A DNA stretch of 64,000 nt from Selaginella moellendorffii (lineage: Eukaryota; Plantae; Lycopodiophyta): the NCBI RefSeq assembly GCF_000143415.4, contig NW_003314262.1, forward strand, positions 3,792,021 to 3,856,020, written 5' to 3'. The notes under the pieces were generated by a model. That model did not search any database and had not been told where the DNA came from. It saw nothing but the letters and a program-made list of their open reading frames with translations. Below, piece by piece: positions 63,954 through 64,000 of this stretch. Position 1 is the first letter of the stretch. Each line of letters starts with the position of its first letter. The translations under genes and the position numbers were made by a program.

Positions 63954-64000
63954 CGAGGTTTCGGCTCGTGTCCACTGTATGTGTCGCATCTTGTGCGGTG

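Overview
Plant nuclear DNA with compact genes, mostly 50-80 nt introns and PLS-type PPR fragments. It is most consistent with a lycophyte such as Selaginella (inference). Bases 1-29.7 kb are a decaying tandem array of three units, each a CYP85-clan (CYP716-like) P450 on + converging with an aminopeptidase P pseudogene on -. Two LTR retroelement families interrupt it. One is an old degenerate element that was duplicated with the unit (period 9,339 bp). The other is a young non-autonomous element (14634-22433, perfect AGGAC TSD) with minisatellite-bearing LTRs and a dense internal hairpin cluster containing two tRNA T-arm-like loops. Bases 29.7-64 kb are gene-dense: PPR and BAHD pseudogenes, four ELIP copies (three intact), a PAF-acetylhydrolase-like esterase, a NERD-like PHD/SWIB/Plus3/GYF/CCCH gene, RabE1 with a U12 intron, an ADP/ATP carrier spanning an assembly gap, an ABCC transporter, a BURP gene, a Tat-like retroelement relic, an internally inverted AAE15/16 relic and two intronless orphan ORFs. 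Dispersed ELIP copies carry vestiges of the ABCC last exon, which points to their source locus. All identities and counts are by-eye estimates.
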